A DNA stretch of 64,000 nt from positions 5,022,001-5,086,000 of the forward strand of contig OX638161.1 in assembly GCA_951804945.1 (NCBI GenBank), in the 5' to 3' direction. Every line of letters starts with the position of its first letter. Position 1 is the stretch's first letter. This DNA comes from Podarcis cretensis (lineage: Eukaryota). A program made the position numbers and the translations under genes. Below, piece after piece: positions 37,474-50,001 of the stretch. The notes under the pieces are model-generated. The model did no database searches and was not told the origin of the DNA. It saw only the letters and a list, made by a program, of their open reading frames with translations.

Positions 37474-37491
37474 GTCCCTCTGCTTGTTTGA
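37474..37491 (+). CDS. COBL: COBL terminal coding segment VPLLV-stop
   Basis: Acceptor tattttatttcag|GTC CCT CTG CTT GTT TGA. Matches the known COBL C-terminus LRKVPLLV. Confidence 0.95.
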   Translation, partial: VPLLV

Positions 37492-38086
37492 ATACTAAAT
37501 GCTCCAGTCATCCGTTTCGTATGCAATTTCTCATGCGTTTCTTACTGGTTTGAATGGACACCCATGGCAAAAGGATTCCAAGAAGTTTACAGGCCAAAAA
37601 TAAGCTGCATTTTCTGTCTTTCTCTCTATTTTTTATTTGGTTCACAGGTTGCTACACAGCTTCTGTGCCAAGGATTTGTGGGTCCCTTGCCCCCAAATAG
37701 TCAAACCGTGCCAATAAAACTATTCTCAATGGCAGGTTAATTAGCTGGCGAACACTTTGTGCTGTGTGTACTCAGCACCAACATATTTTTGCTTGTTCAC
37801 AGTTAAAAATACGTAGCTGTTCTGGACCATTTAGTTAATTTCTTTTTTTAAAACAAAAGCAGTTTAAAACCTCAGAGTATACAGACTATAGATCTGTTAA
37901 AATGGGATGGAGGGATTATGACAGAAACTCAGTGGTTCAAATTACCACATGCTGAAGTCACTGCTTCTTACAATCAAGCAAGATTGATTATCCACAACGT
38001 TTTGACCAAGCTAGTTATCACTAGAGATTCAGAGATCACTAGGGATCCATTTGACAGGCTATTTAAGGGGATATAAAGTACATTAA

Positions 38087-38452
38087 GGGACGCGGGTGGC
38101 GCTGTGGTCTAAACCACTTGCTGATCAGAACTTGCTGATCAGAAGGTTGGCGGTTTGAATCCCCGTGACGGGCTGAGCTCCCGTTGCTCGGTTCCCACTC
38201 CTGCCAACCTAGCAGTTCGAAAGCATGTCAAAGTGCAAGTAGATAAATAGGTACCGCTCCGGCGGGAAGGTAAACGGTGTTTCCATGCACTGCTGGCTCA
38301 CCTGAAGCAGCTTAGTCATGCTGGCCACATGATTCGGAAAAACTGTCTGTGGACAAGCGACGGCTCCCTCGGCCAGTAAAGCGAGATGAGCGCCGCAACC
38401 CCAGAGTCGTCCACGACTGGACCTAACAGTCAGGGGTACCTTTACCTTTACC
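38087..38452 (+). mobile_element. Sauria SINE, subfamily A, in the COBL 3' UTR
   Basis: TSD TAAAGTACAT at 38074-38083 and 38453-38462. Confidence 0.92.
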
Positions 38453-38466
38453 TAAAGTACATAATA

Positions 38467-38679
38467 CAGTGGTACCTCTGGTTACGTACTTAATTCGTTC
38501 CAGAGGTCTGTTCTTAACCTGAAACTGTTCTTAACCTGAAGCACCACTTTAGCTAATGCTAAATCGCTGCCACCGCGCAATTTCTGTTCTCATCCTGAAG
38601 CAAAGTTCTTAAACCGAGGTACTATTTCTGGGTTAGCGGAGTCTGTAACCTGAAGCGTATGTAACCCGAGGTACCACTG
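38467..38679. mobile_element. Tc1/mariner MITE in the COBL 3' UTR
   Basis: Same family as 409-650; TA TSD. Confidence 0.88.
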
Positions 38680-39727
38680 TACTAACATCTGCAGATATGC
38701 TGAGCCCCAAGAAGAGGTAGCAGCCCAGCAGAGGGCATGTGGGGCTGCCTTAGTAGGGGAACTCCCCACAGAGCTGTGCCTGGCACGTTCTCTGCACAGC
38801 TACTGGCAAATGTGGAAGGCAACAGCGCTCTATCCTGGCATTTGACACTTGATGTGTATATTTTTAAGACCCACCTTATCTTTGTAGTTGTTTTGAACTG
38901 TTATTAATATTGTATTTTGTTGTGTATCCCACCCACCCTTCACCCTAAGGGAGCCGTACAAGATTATCATTACTTTATTATTATTCTTATTTTGCACAGA
39001 TCCAGTAGATGTGCCCCACGTCAAAGTGCAATTAAAAGTGCTATTAATACTGCTTCCTGGGAACTACTGGCTATAATTTGTTTCCAAAACTGCTGCTAGT
39101 GGGTCAGGATTCCAGCCTCTTCAGTGGGCTTATGCTCATCTCACATATCAAGCCTGATTTCTCATCAGTTAAGCCCCGAAAATTTTTAAATGGCATGTTT
39201 TTAAACAAATTAAGCTACTTTCATAGATGATGTACATATTTTGAAAATATTTTCTTATAAGAAAATTAGCATAAAAAATTATAATTGTCTGGGTTTTACA
39301 CATTTATTGTATGTTGTAAGAGTTTTTAAAATGCACCTTAATACATGTTTTTGGTTTAATAATAATTACAGCACTGGACGTAGTCCAAAATGATTTTTAA
39401 AGGCACTGTGTAATGTTGCTAACCTTTCAAAGTGTACTGCTAGCCATCTGCAATCCTGTGGCTACATATTATATAACTTAAAATACTAATTGAATTTAGT
39501 GCCACAAATAAAAGAAACACAAGTTTTATGTGTCATACTTATCTCAGTTTTGTACAAATGAGGCTGGCAAGGTATAATAATACTTTCTTTTTTAGAGAAT
39601 TAAAGGTGCTACGAAAGAAGCAGCGTTGATTGTGGTGTGCCAGTTCCTCTCACTGTCACACCGGGTAAAAAGGTTTAACCATTTTGTACCATGATGCAAG
39701 AACCATTTTGATCAGCGGTGCCAGCAG

Positions 39728-39738
39728 AATAAAATAAA
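39728..39738 (+). terminator. Overlapping AATAAA poly(A) signals, candidate distal COBL poly(A) site
   Basis: AATAAAATAAA just before TE-derived sequence resumes at about 39850. Confidence 0.5.
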
Positions 39739-39847
39739 CAAGTGTGACAAAATACTTGCTTGTGATACCACCTTTATATCCCTTTAAAACTATACTCAAT
39801 CTCCAATCTTGATTGGAGGGATCCTGAGGGTTGTGTAGTTGGAAGCT

Positions 39848-39979
39848 TGTGGACTCTCCTTCTTTGGAGGTTTTTAAGCAGAGGATGGATGGCCATCTTT
39901 GTCATGGATGCTTTAAATGAAATGCCTGCGTTGCACAGGGTTGGACTAGATGACCCTTAGGGTCCCTTCTATGATTCTA
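39848..39979 (+). mobile_element. Older CR1 3' fragment
   Basis: gactctccttctttggaggtttttaagcagagg..ggttggactagatgacc..ttctatgattcta. Confidence 0.75.
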
Positions 39980-39984
39980 TAATT

Positions 39985-40734
39985 ATAGAATCATAGAATC
40001 ATAGAGTTGGAAGAGACCACAAGGGCCATCGAGTCCAACCCCCTGCCAAGCAGGAAACACCATCAGAGCACTCCTGACATATGGTTGTCAAGCCTCTGCT
40101 TAAAGACCTCCAAAGAAGGAGACTCCACCACACTCCTTGGCAGCAAATTCCACTGTCAAACAGCTCTTACTGTCAGGAAGTTCTTCCTAATGTTTAGGTG
40201 GAATCTTTTTCCTTGTAGTTTGGAACCATTGCTCCGTGTCCGCTTCTCTGGAGCAGCAGTAAACAACCTTTCTCCCTCCTCTATGTGACATCCTTTTATA
40301 TATTTGAACATGGCTATCATATCACCCCTTAACCTCCTCTTCTCCAGGCTAAACATGCCCAGCTCCCTTAGCCGTTCTTCATAAGGCATCGTTTCCAGGC
40401 CTTTGACCATTTTGGTTGCCCTCCTCTGGACACGTTCCAGTTTGTCAGTGTCCTTCTTGAACTGTGGTGCCCAAAACTGGACACAGTACTCCAGGTGAGG
40501 TCTGACCAGAGCAGAATACAGTGGCACTATTACTTCCCTTGATCTAGATGCAATACTCCTATTGATGCAGCCCAGAATTGCATTGGCTTTTTTAGCTGCC
40601 GCGTCACACTGTTGGCTCATGTCAAGTTTGTGGTCAACCAAGACTCCTGGATCCTTTTCACATGTACTCCTCTCAAGCCAGGTGTCACCCATCTTGTATT
40701 TGTGCCTCTCATTTTTTTTGCCCAAGTGCAATAC
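39985..40734 (-). mobile_element. Young 5'-truncated CR1 LINE
   Basis: 191-aa minus ORF with [30 protein letters not shown]. (TTCTATGA)n tail. Confidence 0.95.
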
Positions 40735-40744
40735 TTAATTAATT

Positions 40745-41560
40745 GTGAGGTTATCTTGACTACCAAGATGGCATTAGCAAAGCTTCCGGAACAGTCCACC
40801 TTTGGCTCAGCACCATGATGCAAGTACTTGACTGTTCCTCCTGGTTTGCAATAAACATCCTCAATCAGAGGTTTTGAGAGCAATTGAGTGACTGATTTAA
40901 AAATGTCCATGTTCCCTCCCTCAACTGAAGCAGTTTCTGCATGGCCTCTAAATGCTCTGTCCTGCGTGGCAAAGGTCAGGGTCACACTGGCAATACGTTT
41001 AAGGACCTGTCTCCAATAGTTTTCTTCTTTTCATGCTGAAGCATCCAACATAATATCAACAGTGCAGACCATGTTTCTTAAACTTTACGTGTTTTAATGT
41101 TTGCCTTTGATTCTTGAGTGCTTTTTCCTGGTAATTAAAGATCCTTTCCCAAAAATAAAGGTTTACAGTAAATTTTGTGGAAAGAGGGAGTGTAGCACAG
41201 CAAATAACAATTTTGGCTGCACATTTTGTTGTCATTTCATAGTAGCTTTCAGAAAGCCTCTAGCAAGTTGTTTTTTGCCTAAAATGGGCCATTTCCACAA
41301 CAGTTGTTGGTATATTGCCAGTGTCTTCAAAACGAAAATTTGCTTAGTCAGTGTCAGTGTCAGTTGCATTTTGCCATTTTGATTCTTCACAAGCAGCACG
41401 GTGGATATCATGGGTACAAGATTTGTGGTCCACTTTCCTCTTGCCATTTTTTGCACCCATCATTAATGGCAAATTTCTCACAGTAACATTTTCCCTTTTG
41501 GTTGTAAAGAAAACCCCTGGTGACTTTTGGCAATTTAGTCATGTACCTCTCAGTCTATGA
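40745..41560 (-). mobile_element. Decayed hAT transposase (TTF-type zinc finger / DUF4371-like region)
   Basis: Minus frame EENYWRQVLKRIASVTLTFATQDRAFRGHAET...NMDIFKSVTQLL resembles the hAT W..VL.RI...LA.Q.LAFRG.E....GNF motif. Confidence 0.65.
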
Positions 41561-42018
41561 GTTATTTTTATACTTCGTGACACCACTAGAATGAAAGTTA
41601 CTTACTTCACATAATGCAGCAAGAAAAAATATAAAATACTAGCAATAATGTAATATGAGACAAGGTAAATGTAAGTGTGCAGCTTTCATATTACATCATT
41701 GCTAGTATTTTATTTTTACTGCTTAAATTTATCATTACATCATATTTCAACTTACTGCTTATACCCTATGTCAAGACGTATGTCCCAAACACATGCAAGA
41801 GACAGCACACACAGAGCAAAGCAAATCTTACTTCCACGCGCTCTGCTCCACGGACAGCAGCATGTATAAATGTATACAGCAACCCAGGATTTCCAGAAAC
41901 ATCTACACAGTTCCACACTTTGGAAAGCTTTCGTTCTCATTCCCAAAAAAGTGATAAATAAAAATGCAGCAGACCAGCTGTAGAAGAGACTTTACGTTGC
42001 CACTCTGATCTTAAACAG

Positions 42019-42517
42019 CATAGCTGTCAACCGTCCCTTATTTGGCAGGAAAGTCCCTTATCCCAGCGCCGTGTCTCGCTGCTGTCCCTTATTGATGATG
42101 TCCCTTAAATTTCCTGGGTTTCAAAGGAAGCAGCTTCTCTCCCTCCCTCCCTGCTGACCAGGGAGGAGGGAGGCTCTAACTGTGTTGCTTAGCTGCGTTG
42201 CTCACCCAATAAGGAGTCTAAGAACGACTGGGGGGTGGAGTTTGCATGCCTTGTGCCGATCAAATCAGCTGCATTCCCTGGGGACTCGCCTTTGCTCAGC
42301 GCTTCCCAGCGGAGAGGTGACGGTGGTTTTCCTTGCTGCATCCCCTTTGCTGGGTTGCTGCGCTGTGGGAACCACTGCTTGAGGCTTCGTTTGGCTGCTG
42401 ACTGGGCTTTCTGCCTTTGGCTCGGAGGGGCTCAGAAGTTGAACATACCTGTGCTCTGAAAATCCCTTATTTTGGCTGATGATCCCTTATTTTCAAATCT
42501 GTAAATTGACAGCTATG
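42019..42517. mobile_element. Non-autonomous DNA transposon (hAT-like)
   Basis: TIR CATAGCTGTCAA; subterminal TCCCTTAT repeats at both ends; flanking direct repeat AAACAG. Confidence 0.8.
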
Positions 42518-44320
42518 AAACAGTAGATGGAGAAAGAAAGGCTATTGGGGATCTCCATAGCAAAGGCAGCAGAAAGTCGATATGATATGACATAACACAT
42601 GCGCAGTGACATCACTAGGTCAGTGCATGTCTTATCCTCTGGGAAATTCCCATTATGGAACTTCCAGAGGAGGAAATGGCCGACGGTCTGTCTTGCTGTT
42701 GGCTCAATTTTTCGTTACTGCTTCCTTTTCCTTTCTCTTTTTATCCCCTTCCCTTCCTTCTTGCTTCTTTCTCTTTTCTCCCCCACCCCTTCATTTCTTC
42801 CTTGGTGTCCTCTGCTTGGGGTCTGTCTTCAGAGATTGTAAGTAAATGGTTGGTGGAGGGACCTGGAAATGTTGGTGGTTGAGGGTAAGAGGAGATATCC
42901 CAGGTGAGAGCTGGGAGGAGCTGCTACCTTCTGCAAGTGGTAAGGGTTAAGAACTACCTTTGAGAGAGGACACTGTATTCAATTTGTATTTCCATTCATT
43001 TCCATTACATTTTCTATATCTTACTGTATTATGGAAAACTTTTATTAAAAATATTAACAAGTAAAGGACATTCCCATTATGGGTTTCCCTGATTGGAATA
43101 TTTAGACCTGTCATGTTTTTGTTGGAGAATATAACCAAGATGAGTACATAACAATCATGTATGTAAAAAATAATCATTTATGATTCCTTAAGAATATTCC
43201 TGGGTTTTGTGAGGTCCTTTGGGGCCCTTTTGCACCACCACACGTCCTGCTTACCATATGACTCCTTTCACCAATGTCCATAGGTGATAGACCCACCTCC
43301 CTCTCAGCACGAGCTAAAAGCAGCCTTAAACCACACGCACAGCAGCCATCACCTGGCAGAACCACATAATGACATGCTTACAAAAATGCTTTTTGACTAC
43401 AAGTATCCTTGGAGTTGTATCCTTATCTATATGATCCTTACATAAAGTGGTTCAGAAGTCATCATGTCTGTGAGAGAGAGGTTTGATTCACCTCATGGCC
43501 GCTGCATTGCAATGGAAATAAGATTCTACAAATAGCAATGATTTCCAAAAGAGCAAGTCTGTTATTCTCCCAGCAAGCTTTGTGACCTTGAAGCTGTATT
43601 GGGGGGGGGGGGAATGAGCTGCTCTGCCAGTAACCGCCTGGTTTGCAGAGCAATTTGATGCATGAAGGGTTAATCCTGCTACATCATCATTTACATTGGC
43701 TTTCCTCTAATTTGCACTAAGTCATACATATAAAATTATTTGTAATCCTTTATGTTGTCTCAGGCTAAGCTAAAGGAGAAAGAAAAGATAGAGCCACTTT
43801 AAAGTAGTGAGCTATCAGTATTCAAGGCAATTTCTCAGCCATTCCAAATTGTAAATAATGTATGCACCCACCCAAACACAAATGTCCTTTTGTCTTGCCA
43901 GGTTTCTTCTGTGCCTTCTCACATAATAATCAAATAAATTCAAAATGTACTATCAAAACCTAAAGCAACCACAAAAAGAGCTTCATCTCCTCTAATGAGG
44001 CTGCTGCTGAGCAATGCTACCAAAGAAAAAACCTGATACTGTAAATGTGATTGACTCAAAAATGAAAAATAGATAAACTTATAATTCTACAATTGGTCTG
44101 CTTTATAGTGCGGAGAGGTTCAAACACAATGTCTGGAGTCTCTTTGAATCTGAGGCTGCCTCAGTGGAAGGAATAGGACCCTCTTGAGGTGTAAATGCTC
44201 TAAACTGCCTCCATCTAGGCTCAGGTTGTACACATGTGTAAATAAACTTTATATCAGTCTAGCTGCAAAGTTTCAGAGTGAGTTTGTAAGGGCGAGGAGG
44301 GGAAGAGTTCCCCAAAGGTG

Positions 44321-44721
44321 TGCTGGGATACTGCCAGAGAGATGGGGGCATCAGGCAGGCCCCCAGCTGGCTCCAGCCACTGGCCGGCAGCCGGACAATC
44401 ACCGGAACAGCATCAATCAGTGACACGAGCCTCAGATATGTTTATAGACCTGTGCACGCTCTATCAGCAGAGTGAATAAATCTTCTCAAAGCAGAAGTGG
44501 TGGACAGAGAAATGTGTAAGCATATTTACAGCATTTATTTAGCATAGTTCAGGAACAAAGGAAAAAACATGTCTGCTTCCCTTCGTGTCCAGCAAAGCAG
44601 CAGGAATGCAAAAGCTATATACAAACGGAAGTTCCCAGCAAGTGCTGGAAGTAAACAGGCATGTGACACACAACAGTCATGCCTGTTCCCTTTTAAGGTG
44701 GAACGGAACTATATCCTAACA
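44321..44721 (-). mobile_element. Solo LTR nested in an older LTR-like fragment
   Basis: Termini TGCTGGGATA...TATCCTAACA; 5-bp TSD AGGTG at 44316-44320 and 44722-44726. Confidence 0.75.
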
Positions 44722-45188
44722 AGGTGTTCATTCTGAGGTGCAATATTTGATTGGCGCTGGAGAGATCAGAGTCAAATCCCACCCCCTTAAACATGAAACT
44801 TGTGGGCTGAATTTTGGTCCGTTTCTATCTCTTAGTCTAATCTACTTCACAGGGATGCTGTGAGGAAGAAATTGGGAGGACTGTGTACAGTGTCATAAGC
44901 CAAGGTGGGATATGCATGCAATGCGGGGGTGGGCGCAGGCTGTTCTGCACACTGCGGCCACTGCCAGCCTGAGCCAGGAAAAGAGGCGTGGCGGTGGTGG
45001 CCCTGCGCACCCCTGCGCCTCTTTCCCTGGCTCAGGCTGGCAGCAGCTTCAGCCGTCCTCGTTTTTTTGCTCTTCAAGATATGGCAACCCTATTTAAAGG
45101 TTAGAAGGATTCTCATGTGTTTGTGCAACTGTTTTTGACCATTCACAATAACTTACTGTTTTTTATCCTTATGTAATGTACAGTGGAA

Positions 45189-45546
45189 GGGACGCAGGTG
45201 GCGCTGTGGGTTAAAGCCTCAGTGCCTAGGGCTTGCCGATCGAAAGGTCGGCGGTTCGAATCCCTGCGGCGGGGTGCGCTCCTGCTGCTCGGTCCCAGCG
45301 CCTGCCAACCTAGCAGTTCGAAAGCACCTCCGGGTGCAAGTAGATAAATAGGGACCGCTTACCAGCGGGAAGGTAAACGGCGTTTCCGTGTGCGACTCTG
45401 GCTCGCCAGAGCAGCGATGTCACGCTGGCCACGTGACCCGGAAGTGTCTCCGGACAGCGCTGGCCCCTGGCCTCTTAAGTGAGATGGGTGCACAACCCCA
45501 GAGTCTGTCAAGACTGGCCCGTACGGGCAGGGGTACCTTTACCTTT
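45189..45546 (+). mobile_element. Sauria SINE, subfamily B
   Basis: 14-bp TSD TAATGTACAGTGGA at 45174-45187 and 45546-45559. Confidence 0.93.
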
Positions 45547-45552
45547 AATGTA

Positions 45553-45804
45553 CAGTGGATGCTTGGGTTGTGAACGGGATCCGTGCAGAATGCACGTTTG
45601 CAACCTGGAGCATTTGCAACCCGCGTCTGCGCACACGCGGGTTGCGATTTGGAACTTCTGTGCATGCGCAAAGCACGATTTAGTGCTTCTGCGCATGCAC
45701 AACTGCCGAAACCTGGAAGTAACCCGTTCTGGTACTTCTGGGTTTTGGCAGTCCGCAACCTGAAAAACGCAACCTGAAAGTGGCTGTAACCCGAGGTATG
45801 ACTG
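45553..45804. mobile_element. Tc1/mariner MITE (duplicated at 47917-48168)
   Basis: TA|CAGTGGATGCTTGGGTT...AACCCGAGGTATGACTG|TA with an internal palindrome. Confidence 0.75.
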
Positions 45805-47024
45805 TATGAGAAACATGAGCATACAGGTTGTGAGCCACTAGAGACCTTTTGTTAATTTAGAGAAATGTATTTCTAAGCATTAACATTTGGATTCTAGGCT
45901 GCTAAAACTAAGGGGCAGGAGGGACCTTCCTGAAGCAGCCAATGACTAAGCAGAAATTGAGCTGAGGCCATTCAGATGCAGTGGCTCTGAGGAGTTTTCT
46001 CTGCTGCCTTCTGGCTGGTTTTCTAGCCAAGGGCAGGGTAATGTTATTGGCCCCGGGGAACACTGCAAAGTCATTTGTGCTCACGTTCAACAGTATCCAC
46101 CTCCTGTAACAGAGAGAAATCCAGACTATGTACTATAGAATCAAACCAACATTTTCATTGTTCAGGCCAATGCGTTGCATCATCACAAAACCCCACTCAA
46201 CTGCCTGAACAAAAACAAAGTAGCATTGCTGCTCATTACTTTTAAAAATATTAATATTATTAGCATTAGTCTTGTGTCTTTACTTTCTTTTAACAGAGTT
46301 CCCATGGAAAGGTGGTGGTAGGGGCACGGGAGACATCTTAGCCCCACCTTGAGCCTCTTGGATGGACAAGCTAGACCTCTTAATAAATAGTTAAAAAAAT
46401 TAATATTGTTGCCCTATGTGGGGCAGAGGACAATGGCAGAACTGCTCCACTCATAAATCGTTCTCTTTCTTTGCCATAGTTCAGTAGGAAAACGTACAGC
46501 CAAAGCCTATTCATGTTTACTCAGAATTAAAGCCCGCTCTGTCATGTTTTAAACATCCATTCTCTCCATGCCATGCATAATTTTGTAAATTTCTATCACA
46601 TCACCTCTTATTTGCTTTCTTTCTAACTTAAAGAGTCCCAAAGGCCTTTCCTCATAGGCTGCCATCTTGGGTGCAGACCTCAGAAGGACACAGAACTGAC
46701 CTCTGAGGGGAAGCTTGGTACAGATTAGTTTTTCTAATATCTTAAAAATTGCTGGTAAGATTTTACTTTAATTTTATGTTTTGTCAGATTTTATCATTTT
46801 TAAGTAATTCATATATTCAGCAATATTTTTCTAGAAAAAGAGGTACAACGCTTCCTTGTTCTCATATAACGGCAATGGCACCAATGTGAGAGGTGCCGGA
46901 ACTGAGTTCTTGCAAGTTCCGACTGAAAAAAAGCCCTTCATATATTAGAATTAGGGTTAGGGTATATATATATATATATATATGAAGTAGAGAAGACCAT
47001 AGTTTTGGTTGGAGGCTATTATTA

Positions 47025-47512
47025 TTATTATTTTATTATTATTTATTAAAATTGTATAACACTGTCCATCTGTAGATGTCAGGGTGGTTCACAGCATAAA
47101 AATAGAAGATAAAAACACAAATAATAAAAACAAGAACAGAAACAAAACAAAACAATAAACTTCCTCCCACAAACACATGTAAAAGGGTATAGGATGTTAA
47201 TCAGCCCAAGGCCTGGTTGAAGAGGAACGTTTTCGCCTGGCACCTAAAGGTGTGTAATGAAGGCGCCAGGCAAACATCCCTGGGGAGAGCATTCACCAAA
47301 TGGGGAGCCACTGCAGAAAAGGCCCCGTTCTCGTGTTGCCACCCTCCGGACCTCTTGTGGAGGCACACGAAGAAGGGCCTCAGAAGATGATCTCAGGGTC
47401 CGGGGTGGTTCATATGGAAAGAGGTGTCCTTAAGGTATTGCGGTCCTGAACCGTTCAAGGCTTTATAGGTCGAAATGAGCACATTGAATTGGGCCTGGAA
47501 GCTGATTGGGAG
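47025..47512 (-). mobile_element. L2 LINE 3' fragment (second copy 49390-49960)
   Basis: Minus-strand AFSAVAPHLVNALP motif and AT-rich tail. Confidence 0.75.
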
Positions 47513-50001
47513 GCCTCTTAAGTGAGATGGGTGCACAACCCCAGAGTCTGTCAAGACTGGCCCGTACGGGCAGGGGTACCTTTACCTTTAATGTACAGTG
47601 GATGCTTGGGTTGTGAACGGGATCCGTGCAGAATGCACGTTTGCAACCTGGAGCATTTGCAGCGCCTGCCAACCTAGCAGTTCGAAAGCACCTCCGGGTG
47701 CAAGTAGATAAATAGGGACCGCTTACCAGCGGGAAGGTAAACGGCGTTTCCGTGTGCGACTCTGGCTCGCCAGAGCAGCGATGTCACGCTGGCCACGTGA
47801 CCCGGAAGTGTCTCCGGACAGCGCTGGCCCCTGGCCTCTTAAGTGAGATGGGTGCACAACCCCAGAGTCTGTCAAGACTGGCCCGTACGGGCAGGGGTAC
47901 CTTTACCTTTAATGTACAGTGGATGCTTGGGTTGTGAACGGGATCCGTGCAGAATGCACGTTTGCAACCTGGAGCATTTGCAACCCGCGTCTGCGCACAC
48001 GCGGGTTGCGATTTGGAACTTCTGTGCATGCGCAAAGCACGATTTAGTGCTTCTGCGCATGCACAACTGCCGAAACCTGGAAGTAACCCGTTCTGGTACT
48101 TCTGGGTTTTGGCAGTCCGCAACCTGAAAAACGCAACCTGAAAGTGGCTGTAACCCGAGGTATGACTGTATGAGAAACATGAGCATACAGGTTGTGAGCC
48201 ACTAGAGACCTTTTGTTAATTTAGAGAAATGTATTTCTAAGCATTAACATTTGGATTCTAGGCTGCTAAAACTAAGGGGCAGGAGGGACCTTCCTGAAGC
48301 AGCCAATGACTAAGCAGAAATTGAGCTGAGGCCATTCAGATGCAGTGGCTCTGAGGAGTTTTCTCTGCTGCCTTCTGGCTGGTTTTCTAGCCAAGGGCAG
48401 GGTAATGTTATTGGCCCCGGGGAACACTGCAAAGTCATTTGTGCTCACGTTCAACAGTATCCACCTCCTGTAACAGAGAGAAATCCAGACTATGTACTAT
48501 AGAATCAAACCAACATTTTCATTGTTCAGGCCAATGCGTTGCATCATCACAAAACCCCACTCAACTGCCTGAACAAAAACAAAGTAGCATTGCTGCTCAT
48601 TACTTTTAAAAATATTAATATTATTAGCATTAGTCTTGTGTCTTTACTTTCTTTTAACAGAGTTCCCATGGAAAGGTGGTGGTAGGGGCACGGGAGACAT
48701 CTTAGCCCCACCTTGAGCCTCTTGGATGGACAAGCTAGACCTCTTAATAAATAGTTAAAAAAATTAATATTGTTGCCCTATGTGGGGCAGAGGACAATGG
48801 CAGAACTGCTCCACTCATAAATCGTTCTCTTTCTTTGCCATAGTTCAGTAGGAAAACGTACAGCCAAAGCCTATTCATGTTTACTCAGAATTAAAGCCCG
48901 CTCTGTCATGTTTTAAACATCCATTCTCTCCATGCCATGCATAATTTTGTAAATTTCTATCACATCACCTCTTATTTGCTTTCTTTCTAACTTAAAGAGT
49001 CCCAAAGGCCTTTCCTCATAGGCTGCCATCTTGGGTGCAGACCTCAGAAGGACACAGAACTGACCTCTGAGGGGAAGCTTGGTACAGATTAGTTTTTCTA
49101 ATATCTTAAAAATTGCTGGTAAGATTTTACTTTAATTTTATGTTTTGTCAGATTTTATCATTTTTAAGTAATTCATATATTCAGCAATATTTTTCTAGAA
49201 AAAGAGGTACAACGCTTCCTTGTTCTCATATAACGGCAATGGCACCAATGTGAGAGGTGCCGGAACTGAGTTCTTGCAAGTTCCGACTGAAAAAAAGCCC
49301 TTCATATATTAGAATTAGGGTTAGGGTATATATATATATATATATATATGAAGTAGAGAAGACCATAGTTTTGGTTGGAGGCTATTATTATTATTATTTT
49401 ATTATTATTTATTAAAATTGTATAACACTGTCCATCTGTAGATGTCAGGGTGGTTCACAGCATAAAAATAGAAGATAAAAACACAAATAATAAAAACAAG
49501 AACAGAAACAAAACAAAACAATAAACTTCCTCCCACAAACACATGTAAAAGGGTATAGGATGTTAATCAGCCCAAGGCCTGGTTGAAGAGGAACGTTTTC
49601 GCCTGGCACCTAAAGGTGTGTAATGAAGGCGCCAGGCAAACATCCCTGGGGAGAGCATTCACCAAATGGGGAGCCACTGCAGAAAAGGCCCCGTTCTCGT
49701 GTTGCCACCCTCCGGACCTCTTGTGGAGGCACACGAAGAAGGGCCTCAGAAGATGATCTCAGGGTCCGGGGTGGTTCATATGGAAAGAGGTGTCCTTAAG
49801 GTATTGCGGTCCTGAACCGTTCAAGGCTTTATAGGTCGAAATGAGCACATTGAATTGGGCCTGGAAGCTGATTGGGAGCCAGTGCAGTCAGAACAGGATC
49901 AAGTTAATATGCTCAAACCGTCTTGTCCCGGTGAGCAACCTGGTCACTGAATTCTGCACTACCAAGTCCTCGCTCCTACCTTTGTTCATTGTCATCCTCT
50001 G

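Larger units (their letters stand above)
37492..39760 (+). other. COBL: Probable COBL 3' UTR (contains an inserted SINE and MITE)
   Basis: AT-rich sequence after the stop, with AATAAA near 37713, 39507 and 39728-39738. The 3' end is inferred. Confidence 0.6.
45296..49878. repeat. Tandem duplication: 45296-47512 repeated at 47660-49878, with a templated insert at 47512-47661
   Basis: Identical ORFs offset by 2364. The only difference noticed is (TA)10 versus (TA)11. The middle segment copies 45469-45618. Confidence 0.95.

Noticed and set aside
30298-37491. Paralogue COBLL1 (next to GRB14)
   Set aside because: Three WH2 domains and the VPLLV C-terminus are COBL features; COBLL1 has one WH2.
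39231-39238. Pumilio element TGTACATA in the 3' UTR
   Set aside because: A single 8-mer in AT-rich sequence; not supportable without conservation data.
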